A DNA stretch of 64,000 nucleotides from positions 62,001 to 126,000 of the forward strand of contig NMRA01000828.1 of the NCBI GenBank assembly GCA_002633005.1, in the 5' to 3' direction. Origin of the DNA: Phoronis australis. Taxonomy: Eukaryota; Animalia; Phoronida. The notes beneath the pieces were generated by a model, which did not search any database, was not told the DNA's origin, and was given only the letters and a program-made list of their open reading frames with translations. The first letter of the stretch is position 1, and every line of letters starts with the position of its first letter. The position numbers were made by a program, and so were the translations under genes. Below, piece after piece: positions 27,426-39,410 of this stretch.

Positions 27426-28796
27426 CTTAAATCCGCGATGGTACGTTGACCCAGTCACAATATAATGTGTACGGCAGACAACTAGCTGTAATTTGCACCG
27501 TGAAAACAGCCAGTATACGCACATATGTAGGTCAAACAGATTCGCTTGGAAAAACTCGTATTTCATCGAAAAAAACTAAATTTAGATTTAGATCACTGGT
27601 CCTCGGCCATTCCTTCCTCAAATTAGAAGTGTCTTTGTGTCATGTAAGAAGTGAGAGTTTCTTTAATTTTTCCTCCAAACCATGCTCAGCGAATAAAATA
27701 AATTGCCGTGTTAATTTGTTCATTTCGCAAAAACTCTGCGAGGCAAGTGGGCGTCAGCGAAGTGTTTGAACTATCGCTGGCCAAAATTTGGGCGAACGTT
27801 GCGCACCCGTTAAATTACTTGCGTAAATTAACTTTAATAAATAAATAATTAATTTACACCGTAAAGAATTAATTTGCATCGTAAAGAATTAATTTACAAC
27901 GTTAAAAGTAAATTTACACCTTGCAAAATAATCAATTTACGTCGCGAATAATTAATTCACGCCGTTAATTATCGTTGGCCATATGGGTGAACGTTAGTGT
28001 ACAAAATATCGAGAAATAAGGACCCAAAGAAACGTCCCTTAGGAGTAACAGCCTTTCGGAGTAAGTTGAGAAGTCCTTCAGAGTAAAGACCTAGACCCCT
28101 GAAGTGGCGGCACCGGGTTTTCTCACTACATACAGTTGGCACTTGGCACTCCTGAGTTAAAGTGGACTCACTACTGGTAGAAAACAAATTTGAGGTGTGG
28201 TGACAGTTTTGAGGTATGCATTTTGAATATGCTGTGGGTCGGAAAAGTCTGCTAGTTCACCAGAAGACTTCAGTTTTAAAAAATGGCAGCTTCCTATAGT
28301 AGTATTCCATCACGCATAGTGGACAGTGACAGCCTTCGCTGCGAGTTCAGGTTAACCCTCAAACAACACAGAACAGCACAAATGTGATTGGATCAAAACT
28401 TTTGGACCACATTAATTGTGGAATATATAGTAAATTTACACTCGGGATCTAGTGTTCGCTCGTGTGGTAGTTGGGCTGAAAGTGTGTCCCCATTGCTGCC
28501 GCTTTGGATTATGACGAGTTGATTAAGACTCTTCGCCATGCATTACATCTATTTTACCAGCTGCGAACAGTGTTACACTATAATTCTTCTCACGAGCTAA
28601 AATGAGTTGTTAATGAGGACTATGTGTTTCGACGGAAAGGAGACGAACTTCTGAAACCTAGTAAACTGTGGCCTATGTTAGCTGTGACGCCTGGTATCAT
28701 TGGAGGGTCACTAAAATCTCAATATACTCATATATACTGTACATGTAGGTCTGTCCCTGAAAAACCGCAATCAACAAGTGGATCCTTTGCACTAAC

Positions 28797-29489
28797 CCGT
28801 TTTGGTTCAACGCCGTGTTTTCTCGCCAACTGGTGGTTGTCCCCAATGCACCTTATTCCAAATACACATATAAACGAGGTCATCAAGAAATTCATGCTCC
28901 GCTCCAAAAATGACATTTGATAACTATTCATGGAGAGGTACGAGAACGGGAGAGGTAGCTGTCGATCTTCCAAGCTTCTGAGCGCAAAGGCGGATCTACA
29001 GGGGGGCGGGGGGTATTCAAGGAGTTCAACCCCCCCTCAGGACAGGATCAAAAATAAAAATTGAAAAAAAAAACACAAAAACCTTCCTTCCGCTCGGCGC
29101 GTCGGATTCGTTCGAATCCTAACCCCCCTTACTGAAAATGTAGATCTGCCGGCACTGGAGCGTGTCCCTAGGAAAAAAAACTCCACTGAAGCGACGTCAC
29201 TCAAGACAACTGAAAAAATAAATGTCGACCACAGACATTATTGTAGTAAAAGCATTGTCTGTTATATTACGAAGTGGAAACCTTGTTCGTTTGCTGGTAG
29301 TCCCTTCGGTCTGGGAGTAACGCTCAGTTTAATCCCGCCTTTTGTGACGAATTTTGGAGGTTCATAACTGCTGTCGGCTAGAACGATAACATCGTGACCT
29401 TGAACCGTTATCATTGCCAACTTATCGAATGTTTCGGTGGAAATCGTGCAGTCACCGTCAGTCATAGCCAAGATGTCGCAAGAAGCCAC
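28797..29489 (-). pseudogene. Decayed UGT first exon (paralog of 30657-31370)
   Basis: GHDVIVLADSSYEPPKFVTKGGIKL and DRQLPLPFSYL...MSFLERSMN fragments with deletions and frameshifts plus a MITE insertion; donor EPKR|gttagt and downstream intron sequence still match exon A. Confidence 0.88.
28985..29157. mobile_element. MITE inserted in the UGT pseudo-exon, 5-bp direct repeat GAGCG
   Basis: GAGCG|caaaggcggatctac...gtagatctgccggcactg|GAGCG; removing it restores colinearity with 30841-30870. Confidence 0.85.
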
Positions 29490-30105
29490 ATTGAGTTATG
29501 CAGCCTTTCTGTGTCAAGGTTTTGTCCTTTGGTTTATTACGCAAAATTAATATTTCCCAAGAAAAAAAAAACAAGTCAGTAGCCGCCCCCAAACCTGCAT
29601 TAGCTCCTATCCCACTGAGGGACTGGCTCTGTATAACTGAAGAGCTGACGACAGCTGAAGGTCATCCCATCTGGTTGGAAAAACGAATTAGGCCTACTCC
29701 TCTCGGGAAGCATTTTACTCGCAAAAACGTACAGAGTTTTCATTATTTCACCTCGGTGACGGAAATCCATGCGTTTATAGTTGGAAAAATACCTCCGTAA
29801 AATACAACATTGGGAATTTAGTTAAATAAGTATTTACGATGACTGATTCATTGGGACCTATTCTGAACTTTCATTGGATAGCCTCTGTTATAAAAATTTT
29901 CAGGGCGAGAGATGGTTTGCAACCCCTGTGACAGAATGAAGTTCACGTTATTTGAAATGTTATTTTAAGTTCTTGCATTTTTTAGAAAACTCATAAAAGG
30001 CGTTGTTTTTTCTAGACTATCACAAGTTTGTGACACACAGCAATTTGATCATAGCGTGCAGTTTTCTAATCTAATTCATTTTCAGTCGAAAAAGAGCAAT
30101 ACTGT

Positions 30106-30502
30106 TGCTGTGCGTAAACTTGGAATCCTGGTTAATCTCAAGATCGCGTATGCGTGAACTTGGAATTGAATCCTCATTAATTTTGAGAATTTTTTGTTCA
30201 GCGTAAAGAACTTTTGTAATTATTGGCCTCATTATCACCCATCTTCTCCTTTAGCGTAACTTGAGTCAAAGAATATCAGAAAATGTTTGTTTAATCAATT
30301 ATTGTTTGCGGTGGATAAGATCGCCCACAATTGAAAAAGGATTGGATAAAATTTACGTTATTTTGTCAACATATTATTCGATTTAGTGCAATGCAAATTT
30401 TTATCAAGGTGAACGTGATTATTTGAGTGAAGTTGTCGTGTATTCCAAGTTCACGCATACGCGATCTTGAGATTAAGCAATATTCCAAGTTCACGCACAG
30501 CA
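30106..30502. mobile_element. MITE with about 60-bp TIRs
   Basis: TGCTGTGCGTAAACTTGGAAT..TTAATCTCAAGATCGCGTATGCGTGAACTTGGAA at left and its reverse complement at 30442-30502; another terminus at about 49535-49600. Confidence 0.8.
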
Positions 30503-30656
30503 CTGTCACCTCGGAGGGGTACAGCGACAAACCAATACTGATGCGAAGCGTCACCTAGTGAGCATGAATAACAATAACTTCAATGTACCCATGAAAATGA
30601 AGAACCCGGTCTGTCCCTGAAAAACCGCAATCAACAAGTGGATCTTTTGCACTAAC

Positions 30657-31370
30657 CTGTTTTGGTTCAATCCCGTGTTTTCTCGCCAACTGGCGGTGGT
30701 CATAATGCATCTTATTCCAAACACCATACATAAAAGAAGTCATCAAGAAATTCACAGTTCGCTCCAAAAATGACATTTCCTGTCCTACATGATAAAGATT
30801 GATGGGGAGGTATGAGAACGGGAGAGGTAGCTGCCGATCTTGCAAGCGTCTGAACGTATCAAAAGGAAAATATTCCACTGAAGGGACGTCTCCAACAACA
30901 GCCTGGATCACTATTTTACACACAAATGCTGCGTTGTAGTAGATCATGTCAAATTTCTCACGCCTCAGTCTATCATGAACCTCTGACGAATTCGCAAACG
31001 CTTCGCATATCTTTAAAGGAATGTCAACCACAGACATCATAGTTTGAAATCCATTGTCCGTCATATTACGAAGTGGAAACCTGTGCTCGTTTGCTGGTAG
31101 TCCCTTCGGTCTGGGAGTAACGATCAGTTTAATCCCGGCTTTTGTGACTAATTTTGGAGGTTCATAACCGCTGTCGGCTAGAATGAAAACATCGTGACCT
31201 TGACCCGCCATCATTGCCAACATCTTCTCGTCATTTCGCAGCGCCGAGTTCTTAATCGCCGTTAAAGGACATCCCAAGATCTTTGCTGCTTCCACATCAA
31301 AACTGGTTGCATACCACACAAAGAGTAACAAGCCAATTGTACCCCGGAGACACGTGGTTGAAACAGCCAT
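30657..31370 (-). CDS. UGT N-terminal first exon A (no dedicated C-terminal exon before the next first exons)
   Basis: ATG 31370 MAVSTTCLRGTIGLLLFVWY; KILGCPLTAIKNSALRND...GHDV; MSFLERTVN; donor EPKQ|gttagt phase 0. Confidence 0.92.
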
Positions 31371-32001
31371 GGTTGTGAACACACTGTGAAGTGTGAGCTA
31401 AGCGACAGTATACACACACCTGCACTTTGCCCTTTCTGTGTTGTGTCTACAGGGTGAATCAAAAACGCCAAGCTTAGGTAACGGCGGCGGTACTGTAGAA
31501 ACATGTCACCTTTAGAAAATGACTCCGTTTTACAGATTTCCAGTGGCTAATTCAGTGGGATACTCTAAATGAAAAATACACCGTTTGAAAAAAACAGGTA
31601 GCTGGTGTAACATACCGGATTTCGATAAAAATTCATATGAAATCGGAACTTCAGAAATTAGCCAAGATCGAACTCGTAAGATTTTATTCGCAGTAACGGA
31701 AACGCCGATTAGAACAACAGGGGGGGCAATATTACAATCGAACACGCCTCGGTGGAAAATCACGCAAATTAGTCATCCTCAGTTGGTCAGCATTGCTAAG
31801 TTCTCACCTGGCGGGCCATGCAAAGAGCGCTTTCAGCATGCAATGTCTGGGTCGACCCCTATGGTCACAAATATGGACAGACTGATCATCAGTAAGATAC
31901 AATCCGATTGCGACATACAGCTTTGTTTTATGCAAACATTAGTGGTGTTAAGTTTCCAAATAAAAGTTACTAACCAAGAGAGTATTAGGAGATATACCAT
32001 G

Positions 32002-32304
32002 CAGGGGCGGATCCAGGATTTTGAGTTGGGGGGGCAGGGCACAGGAGAATTTCGGCAGATGCGCGCGCCCGGCCTAAAATGCAGGGATGCAGGGGTCTCG
32101 AATTTTTGGGTATGCGGACCTTTTGACTAAAAAAAACGGTAACCGGGGTTTGTTCAGGACCTATGCATTGTTTATTCAACCCCGAGCCCCCCTGGTTGCG
32201 CGCATGTGCTAGTCAGCAATTCGCACCCGAACTGCAAAATGGTATCTGGTAGAATTTTAGGGGGGCATGGCCCCGGCCCTTGCCCCCCCCTGAGTCCGCC
32301 ACTG
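32002..32304. mobile_element. MITE (CAGGGGCGGATCCAGGATTTTGAGTTGGGGGG family)
   Basis: Termini CAGGGGCGGA...TCCGCCACTG; related copy at 59889-60019. Confidence 0.7.
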
Positions 32305-32489
32305 GATACCATCCCACCGAACATTGCCTACTGCATAGTGAAGTGCCGACAGCTGAAGGGTACCCCAACGTTTAGTAAAAAAACAAGTAACTCGTCTCAG
32401 GAGAATTTTTGGCACCGATTAAAGACGCATTATACACACAAGAAAACTTTAAAAAATGGTGCACTCCTAGTTTTCATTTAGTTATTACT

Positions 32490-32755
32490 TGAAACTTAAG
32501 TTTAATTGTGAAAACTTAAGTTTTACACCTGAAAAAACTTAAGTTTTCTGAAAAACTTAAGTTCTCTGAAAAACTTAACAATGTGATGAAACACTTAAGT
32601 TTTTGGCGAAAAACGTAAGTTTTAAAAACTTTTTCTTTTAAAAACTTAATTTTTTTGGAAGAACTTAAGTTTTTCCTCTAAAACTTAAGTTACTTTCCGA
32701 AAACCTAAGTTTTTTCGCCAAAAACTTAAGTTTTCAGCGAAAAACTTAAGTTCAT
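32490..32755. repeat. Array of AAAACTTAAGTTTT palindromic units
   Basis: About ten imperfect copies visible. Confidence 0.85.
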
Positions 32756-33329
32756 TGCCTGAATTTATGTGTCGCATAGGCCTAGTTGGCAGCGCACATG
32801 ACATAGTAATTTCATCAATCATCAGATTTGTAAAATACAACATCGGGACCAGTAAAATGAATATTGAAGCTAGATGACTGATTCAGTGGGACTCATTTCC
32901 CGCACTTTATCGGATAGCTTGCTTGCAACCACTTCGGTCTCGGCGACTTCAGTTAGCTTGACTGCCAAGGCCGTGAACCGCGTCTCAAGATTTGTTTTCA
33001 GAGATTAGTAGGATATGTTTGAAATTGAAACATTCAAGTTGTTCTTTACACGAGTAGTACACAGCGACAAATGTTAGTTTTAGTCTAATTGGTTCCTCAG
33101 TTCAGCAAACAAGAACACGACGAGATGCGTTGCTTTCACTGAGCAAACCGAATGGCTCTATATCATAGAAGTTGACGTTTAACCCCATCTCAAACACGAA
33201 ATAATTTTTACCTTTATCGTCCTTCCTTGATACAAAGATATTTAGCGTCTACTATTATGTGCCAGGCTTCATGGTTCACTGACACACGACGACCCCTAGC
33301 GAGACCAGTGTAATAACTTGCCAAGTTAA

Positions 33330-34642
33330 AGGCGAAGCCAACCTTTTTTCGTGACATTTTTAGCAAAAATAAGGTTCGTTGATTATCCCAGACATATTTT
33401 TCACTTATTTACTGCTTTTCGTAATTTAATTAATTACTCGTCGTATACTCCAGAAGTGACGTTTTGGGAGGCAAGAATTTCGCGCCAATTTTTTCATATA
33501 GTCTGCACAGTGAGAGCAGTCGAGTCAGTCATTGTTCTACTTCGGTTGTGATAAGTTCGGTCGTCGTTTGCTTTTGCTTACGAGTCAGTCTGGGGTGTAC
33601 TCATTATAGTCTCACGTACAGAGGAAGAACTGTCCTACTTGCCCGAGTGTCCCGCGACACACTCCCACTGAAGGGTGATCTTAGCACCCAAACTGCTTAC
33701 ATCCCGCCGTGTGACTCCCTCGCCACACACCTGGCACCTTCCAAATAGCTCCAATACAAGTCCACAATAAACTTATCAAACTTAGGCTCACCGATCTCTT
33801 CATTGGATGACTTACTGTCCTCTTCACTGGGTGTCGAACTGGGCCTGTTTTCACTCCCGCTACTCAACATCGCTGCAGGGCTGCTTAATTTACAGGCTCT
33901 GGGCTAGAGACAACAGCACAGGTCGAATCACTGCTACTTCCCGGAATTGCACGCAATGGGGTACGTTCGGAGGCGGGTGACAGTAGATGAAGTGCCTCCA
34001 GTCACTGTATATAGTGGTCACAGCTCGCGAGGCTTCTCGCTTCAAAAACGCACTTCTCGGGGTTTGCGACGGGGCACTGCCGGGAATCAACAGCGACGGT
34101 ATGGTACCCTTCTTCAGGCGTTGTTTCGCCGGGACCTTCATCAATTCAGCGTACATATCTGTCATAATCTTAAGGCAGAAAATGCTTGCCACACACTCGG
34201 TAACCCTCCACTGCTTTGCACGTTGCGTGGGTGGGTAGCGCTGTGTTATAGGCACATGAACGAGCTAGCCAAGTATGGCGAAGTGTGTCATCCTTCGGAA
34301 AGCGACGCAAGGTACCCAAATTAAGCGCGTGTGAGACGATAAAGAGTACATCCCGGCACGCAGTAACAGCGTGGCATGTTGACTGACTTGTAAACAAAAG
34401 CAAACGACGACCGAACTTATCACAACCGAGGTAGAACAATGACTGACTCGACAGCTCTCACAGTCAGACTATTTTATGAAAAGAAATTGGCGCGAAACTC
34501 TTGCCTCCCAAAACGTCACTTCCGGTGTAGAGGACGAGAAATTAATCAGATTACGAAAAGCTGTAATTAAGTGAAAAATGTCTGGGATAATCAACGAACC
34601 TTATTTTTTCTAAAAGTGACATGAAAAAAGTTGCTTTCGCCT
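33330..34642 (-). mobile_element. Kolobok-like DNA transposon, long TIRs, frameshifted THAP domain
   Basis: TTAA|AGGCGAAG...TTTCGCCT|TTAA; about 250-bp imperfect TIRs; internal RRFPKDDTLRHTW...RVCGKHFLP and, in another frame, RLKKGTIPSL (THAP C2CH + AVPTIF-like box). Confidence 0.85.
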
Positions 34643-36630
34643 TTAAGACTCGAACGCGTGTACTGGCAGCTGTAATACAGGGGTCATCAAGTGCAAACTA
34701 GGTCAGTTAATCGTATGCAGCAAAACCAAAGAAGCCATGCACATGAAACTGAACTAGTAGACGGGCAGCCGTCTTACCTCTTGATCAGGTCGCCTAAGAC
34801 AGCTGAACACAAGTAATGTACCCCTTCTGGAGGATCATCTATGATATGCACCCATCCGAGTGGCCACAAGGGGAGTAAGGCCAAATCTATCTGAATTCAG
34901 GTACGTGTCGGCCTTTCTATTATACAAACTTTATATACCAAATTTCACGGAGACTCTGTCAGGACTTACTTGTACCGGTACGTACAAGTTGACGCACATA
35001 AAAAGATATTGTCGTTAGGGGACGCCACAGTAGTCGGCCATGCTTTCAATGGTCCTCAAAAGGAACACTAGTCGGTGCCGATCGAAAATTCATGGATATT
35101 TTTCGTCGACAAAATTTGTAGATATTGAGGCAGACATCACTGAAAACTCCCACTAGAGGGCTCCACTAATTGAAAAGTTAATAGCCTCCGTCTTTGAATT
35201 TTTAAAATCGATGCATATCATAAGCGAAATTGTCAATAGATTTTTTCAGCATACGTGACAGATTTCTGTACTCAAACTGCCTCTGGTCATGAGCCTCAAA
35301 AAACCATCGATGCATGCACCGGCACTCGATTTTCTGGATGACGGCACAACCATGTAACAAACATAATGTTTTATTACAGTGAGTGTTGAGGATACGAATA
35401 ACAGATAGGTTTAAAGGCCTGTGGGTCCAGGCAGGATTGGATAACAAGGCATTTCTAAACTTTCACTGCTTGGTGTTCGGCAATCTATCACTTTCTGCTA
35501 ATGTCAGAAATCAATTATTGTCCTGACCGGAAGATGTGAACCCAGTTTGTCAGAGTTGATCTGGTGATTTTGCCATTTTCAATCCAAAGTCATGAGTCAG
35601 AGGAAATTCCCTTTTAAGCAACCATGGAACTTACAGAGAAACTATCAACACTTCCAGCATCAAAGCCGAGACTCAAATTGTATTATACTAGCCCCTAAAG
35701 CCACAATATTTCTGTGTAAATGTCAGGCAATAGAACAGAGACTACATACCATCCTGTGCAAAACAAATGTTTATAACCACGGTAACAGTAACAATTGCAA
35801 GTTAACCACAACTGCCTCCTAACCACAACAATAACGTCTACATACTTATGCAACAAAAACATTATAAATAGCTTCCAAAATTCCGTCATCTTGAACATTG
35901 AAAAGTAGGCATTTCCTAAAACAATGGAGGAAAATTCCTGATTTCAATAAATGATGCACTTTGACCATCAGAACTGAGACTTAATGACGTCTTAAAAGTT
36001 GTTTGTTGAAATGAACAAAAACCTCTCAATTTCAACTGTTTTGGCTCCCATTGCCTGATAATGAAATTATCCAATTAAATAGACCAGTAAATGAACCTAC
36101 TGAGAACTGCATGGACTACGACTTCCAAATTTCAAAATGACTATTATAAATATCAACAAAAAGTTTCACGACACAGTGATTTTTCGTAAATCTACCCATT
36201 ACCAATAAGGAATGTAGGAAAAAGCCCTTGACACTCTGACAGTTTTGAAGTTATGGATACCATACTAACAAGTAATCTGTCTCATAGTTATCAAGACAGT
36301 AAACATATTACCAGTTCTGAACTAGGTGAACAATCTCCATCAAGTCTATGAGCATCCTAAGTTAGGTCTAGAACCATCTCATCTAATAATAAATTAAAGA
36401 GAACGAGATGGCCAGTACAGTAAGGTACAATACATCAAAACATGGTATGGTACAGTATAGCATGTGACAAAAAATCTGAATATATTGCTGAATCCAAATC
36501 GAAAAATAGATAATAGATTCAGAACCACACCCATCACAACTTAAAAGCATATCAGATCTGCTTTGAGGTAAGTAAAAACTATACAAACAGCAACACAATG
36601 AACTAACCCGCCTCCCCACCATCAGCATTG

Positions 36631-36782
36631 CTAAAGCAAACAATGAAGAAGAAGAAATGAAATAAGTATAAGATGTAACGCCAGACTGTTATAGCTTTGT
36701 TGCCTGGTACCACCGCACACACTCAGCTGATCAGCTTCTCCGGCTTGACTAGGGGTGTCTCTACCTGTACCTTTACGAGGTC
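36631..36782 (-). CDS. Tandem-avidin gene exon 8 (linker + GPI-type hydrophobic tail, stop)
   Basis: Acceptor tgttgtag|; GPRKGTGRDTPSQAGEADQLSVCGGTRQQSYNSLALHLILISFLLLHCLL*; phase 1 fits exon 7. Confidence 0.78.
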
Positions 36783-37532
36783 CTACAACAATAAGACAAA
36801 TTCACATTAAAAATCTTTCAGAAATGCAAAGACAATTCTACTAACACACAAACGCATGTGATTCCTTATACCTAACTTCCATATTCTACTGACGTTTAGA
36901 TGTGAGTGTTTGTTAGTGTGGATGTGCATTTGAGCATGTCTGTGACTCAAGTTTAGAGATGTTAGCCGAACCAGGGTTTTCCCTAAACTTTTCATTGCAA
37001 TTTTGTCTTCTCAAGTATAGTGACTAAGCTATATTTTCTAAACAGCTCCCTGGCTGAAACACTACAGCTTTTGTCAAAAAGCCAATTCGGAACCTACTCT
37101 AGTTTTTTATTTTGAAGGTCAAATTTTTGTGAATAGGTATCAGATGTTTCAAAGACTGACAGTTTATCAGTAACAAGTCACTTGGAATAACACCATGAAA
37201 GGGTTGCATCTTCTATAGTATGTGGCCATGACACAAGGGAGGTAAATTCAACCCAGTTTTATTTGAGTTAGTGACAACAAAACAGACCAAACGCCGACGG
37301 AATAGGTCATGAACAAATTTACAAAAAAAATTTAACATTTTTTTCCTAATCAGTCAAACCGAGTGGCAACGGACCTGGTTCATAATGTTTGCTCGTTCAA
37401 ATTACATTTCTCAAGTTCCAATCAATTTGAAATGGTAACCGTGAACTTCGATTACAACAAGCATTTTAAGAAATATCTCAGGAGGGTTACTTTGTTACGA
37501 TACAGTCTGGCAACACATATTCCGCCACTCAC

Positions 37533-37676
37533 CAGCCTTCTGTTCCTGCCTGGTGAACGTATTTTTGCCAAAGATGGTAGACTTCCAGTTGTCATCGCAA
37601 CTAGCCACACCAGTTCTCAGGATCCACGTCGTCTCAATCGTAGGCTCACCACCTTTATGACACACATGGCACTGTC
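37533..37676 (-). CDS. Tandem-avidin gene exon 7 (domain 2 C-terminal part)
   Basis: tttcag|...|gtgagt; GQCHVCHKGGEPTIETTWILRTGVASCDDNWKSTIFGKNTFTRQEQKA, matches avidin GQC...TMWLLRS...DDWKATRVGINIFTR. Confidence 0.92.
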
Positions 37677-38539
37677 CTGAAAACGTAATGAGACGTAGGT
37701 TAAGCTCAATTTATTCAGTGAAAGGGAATTTTGCATTCCCAATTTTAGAGGTGGCCAACCGTAATAAACTGTGGGTTTTCTAGAGTCGCAGATGGTTTCA
37801 ATGTAAATGAAAATCAAGACCTACCATGGTAAGGAATATTATGAAACTGATTTTATGAGCTTAAGTGGTTTCAGTTTTTGTCTTTGGCGGCTAAATGCTG
37901 AGAAAATTCAGTTATACCTAAACGTGAATGTACATGGAATAGACACCTTGGCTCACAGATATTTTGTGTCTGACCAAGTACAAACTACCCTCTGCTGGTG
38001 ATGGAGAAAATCAGACCATTCCTTTAACCTACAGTTGACAAAAGAAAAAAGTTCCATAGAACCGCACTATGCCTGTGTTGACTGTCAACATACAAGAGTG
38101 ATAATTATAAGCACAAGTCTTCAGATTAAGAATTATAACCTGATATGGCAAAAAATCATTGCAACTAAGTTTTTTAATTAACAATTAACTATCTTAATAA
38201 TTTCATTTTGGCAAAGACAGCAATAATCTACAAGACTTCAATAAGATCCACAACAAATCAAAGTTGCTCTTTGGAGAATGTAAACACTTTTTAGTCCTAT
38301 ATTGCCATAGGATAGGACGAGACAATTTGCAGCAAGAAGGCAAGGTGACTGGATCTTTAAAAAAACAGGCATATGCTCAACAACTCTTCAGCGGTGCTAC
38401 AAATTTGAATGTTGCTTAAACCAGCCATGCACCTATCTTCTGTTACAAATTAACTGTGGATGATATGGCTCAAAAGATGTTAATTCTATGACCAAACATT
38501 AGATGTAGACACTTGACAAAATGTAGGTCGAATGGCGAG

Positions 38540-38652
38540 CTCAAACCCAACTTATCAAACTAATAGTGAGATCAAACCCAACTTATCAAACCAATGGTGA
38601 GATCAAACCCAACTTATCAAACCAATGGTGAGTTCAAACCCAACTTAACAAA
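38540..38652. repeat. 29-bp tandem repeat x4 (TGGTGAGATCAAACCCAACTTATCAAACC-like)
   Basis: Directly visible. Confidence 0.85.
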
Positions 38653-38769
38653 CTGCCAGTTCTGCCCAAGTCTGGAACAACTTCTCTTCTGAGTACATAT
38701 CAAAAAGAGAGTAAGTTTACGTGAGAAAGTGTTAGAAATATCAATGAGACAGAAGGTGGTGCCACCTAC

Positions 38770-38919
38770 CTACAAATCCTGTGATGGAGGATCCATTCTT
38801 CCACACAACAAGCAACGTTAACGTCGCATTCGCCCCTTGCACCCTCCTGAAACCAAACACTTGAGAATGCGTTGTCCCAGCGCTGCCTCTAGTTCTTTCC
38901 ACACCAGTGCGATACTCCC
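38770..38919 (-). CDS. Tandem-avidin gene exon 6 (domain 2 middle)
   Basis: gttctag|...|gtaggt; GEYRTGVERTRGSAGTTHSQVFG...LVVWKNGSSITGFV; 150 nt, phase 1-1. Confidence 0.9.
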
Positions 38920-39314
38920 CTAGAACAGCAAACGACAGTAAAATGAAAACAATACCAGGAGTTTGACTATGGCCACTGGATGTAAGCAAACTGGATACTC
39001 ACAAGTTCATTGTTGAAATTAACAGAGCACCAAATGACATTCAGCTGATTAAGGTAGCTCACTTCCAAATTCTCTAAATTTCCATATTTGCATGTCACAC
39101 ACTCACTTCAATATTAGATAGACAGGACCTGTTTCTTTGTGAACGTTTATCACTCGACTGGCAAAACAAATGCTACTCTATATGGTATGCTGGTGTTTTT
39201 ACTATAGGCTTTGAACTTGTACTTTTTGAAAGTGGCAATGTCTTCATTCTGAACCATCATTACAGACATGTATTTCCAATGTTGTAATTTAGAATATAAA
39301 TCAAAGTGGTTTAC

Positions 39315-39410
39315 CTTTAATCTCACCAGAGGACTCTTGAGTTAGAATGATTTCTGACCCCACATCGTTGTACCAAGCACCACTGATGTCAGAACATTTG
39401 GTGATTACCT
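39315..39410 (-). CDS. Tandem-avidin gene exon 5 (domain 2 start)
   Basis: ttcctgcag|...|gtaaac; EVITKCSDISGAWYNDVGSEIILTQESSGEIK, matches avidin KCSLTGKWTNDLGS. Confidence 0.92.

Noticed and set aside
26472-27465. Plus-strand ORFs overlapping UGT exons
   Set aside because: Antisense shadows of the coding exons, duplicated only because the exon is duplicated.
6808-31382. ORF-track start and stop positions of the UGT ORFs as complete single-exon genes
   Set aside because: Each ORF is half a UGT; extensions beyond the EPKx|gt donors and ag|PES acceptors are intronic read-through.
31585-32130. 181-aa plus-strand ORF
   Set aside because: No recognisable domain; runs into a MITE; lies in the UGT upstream region.
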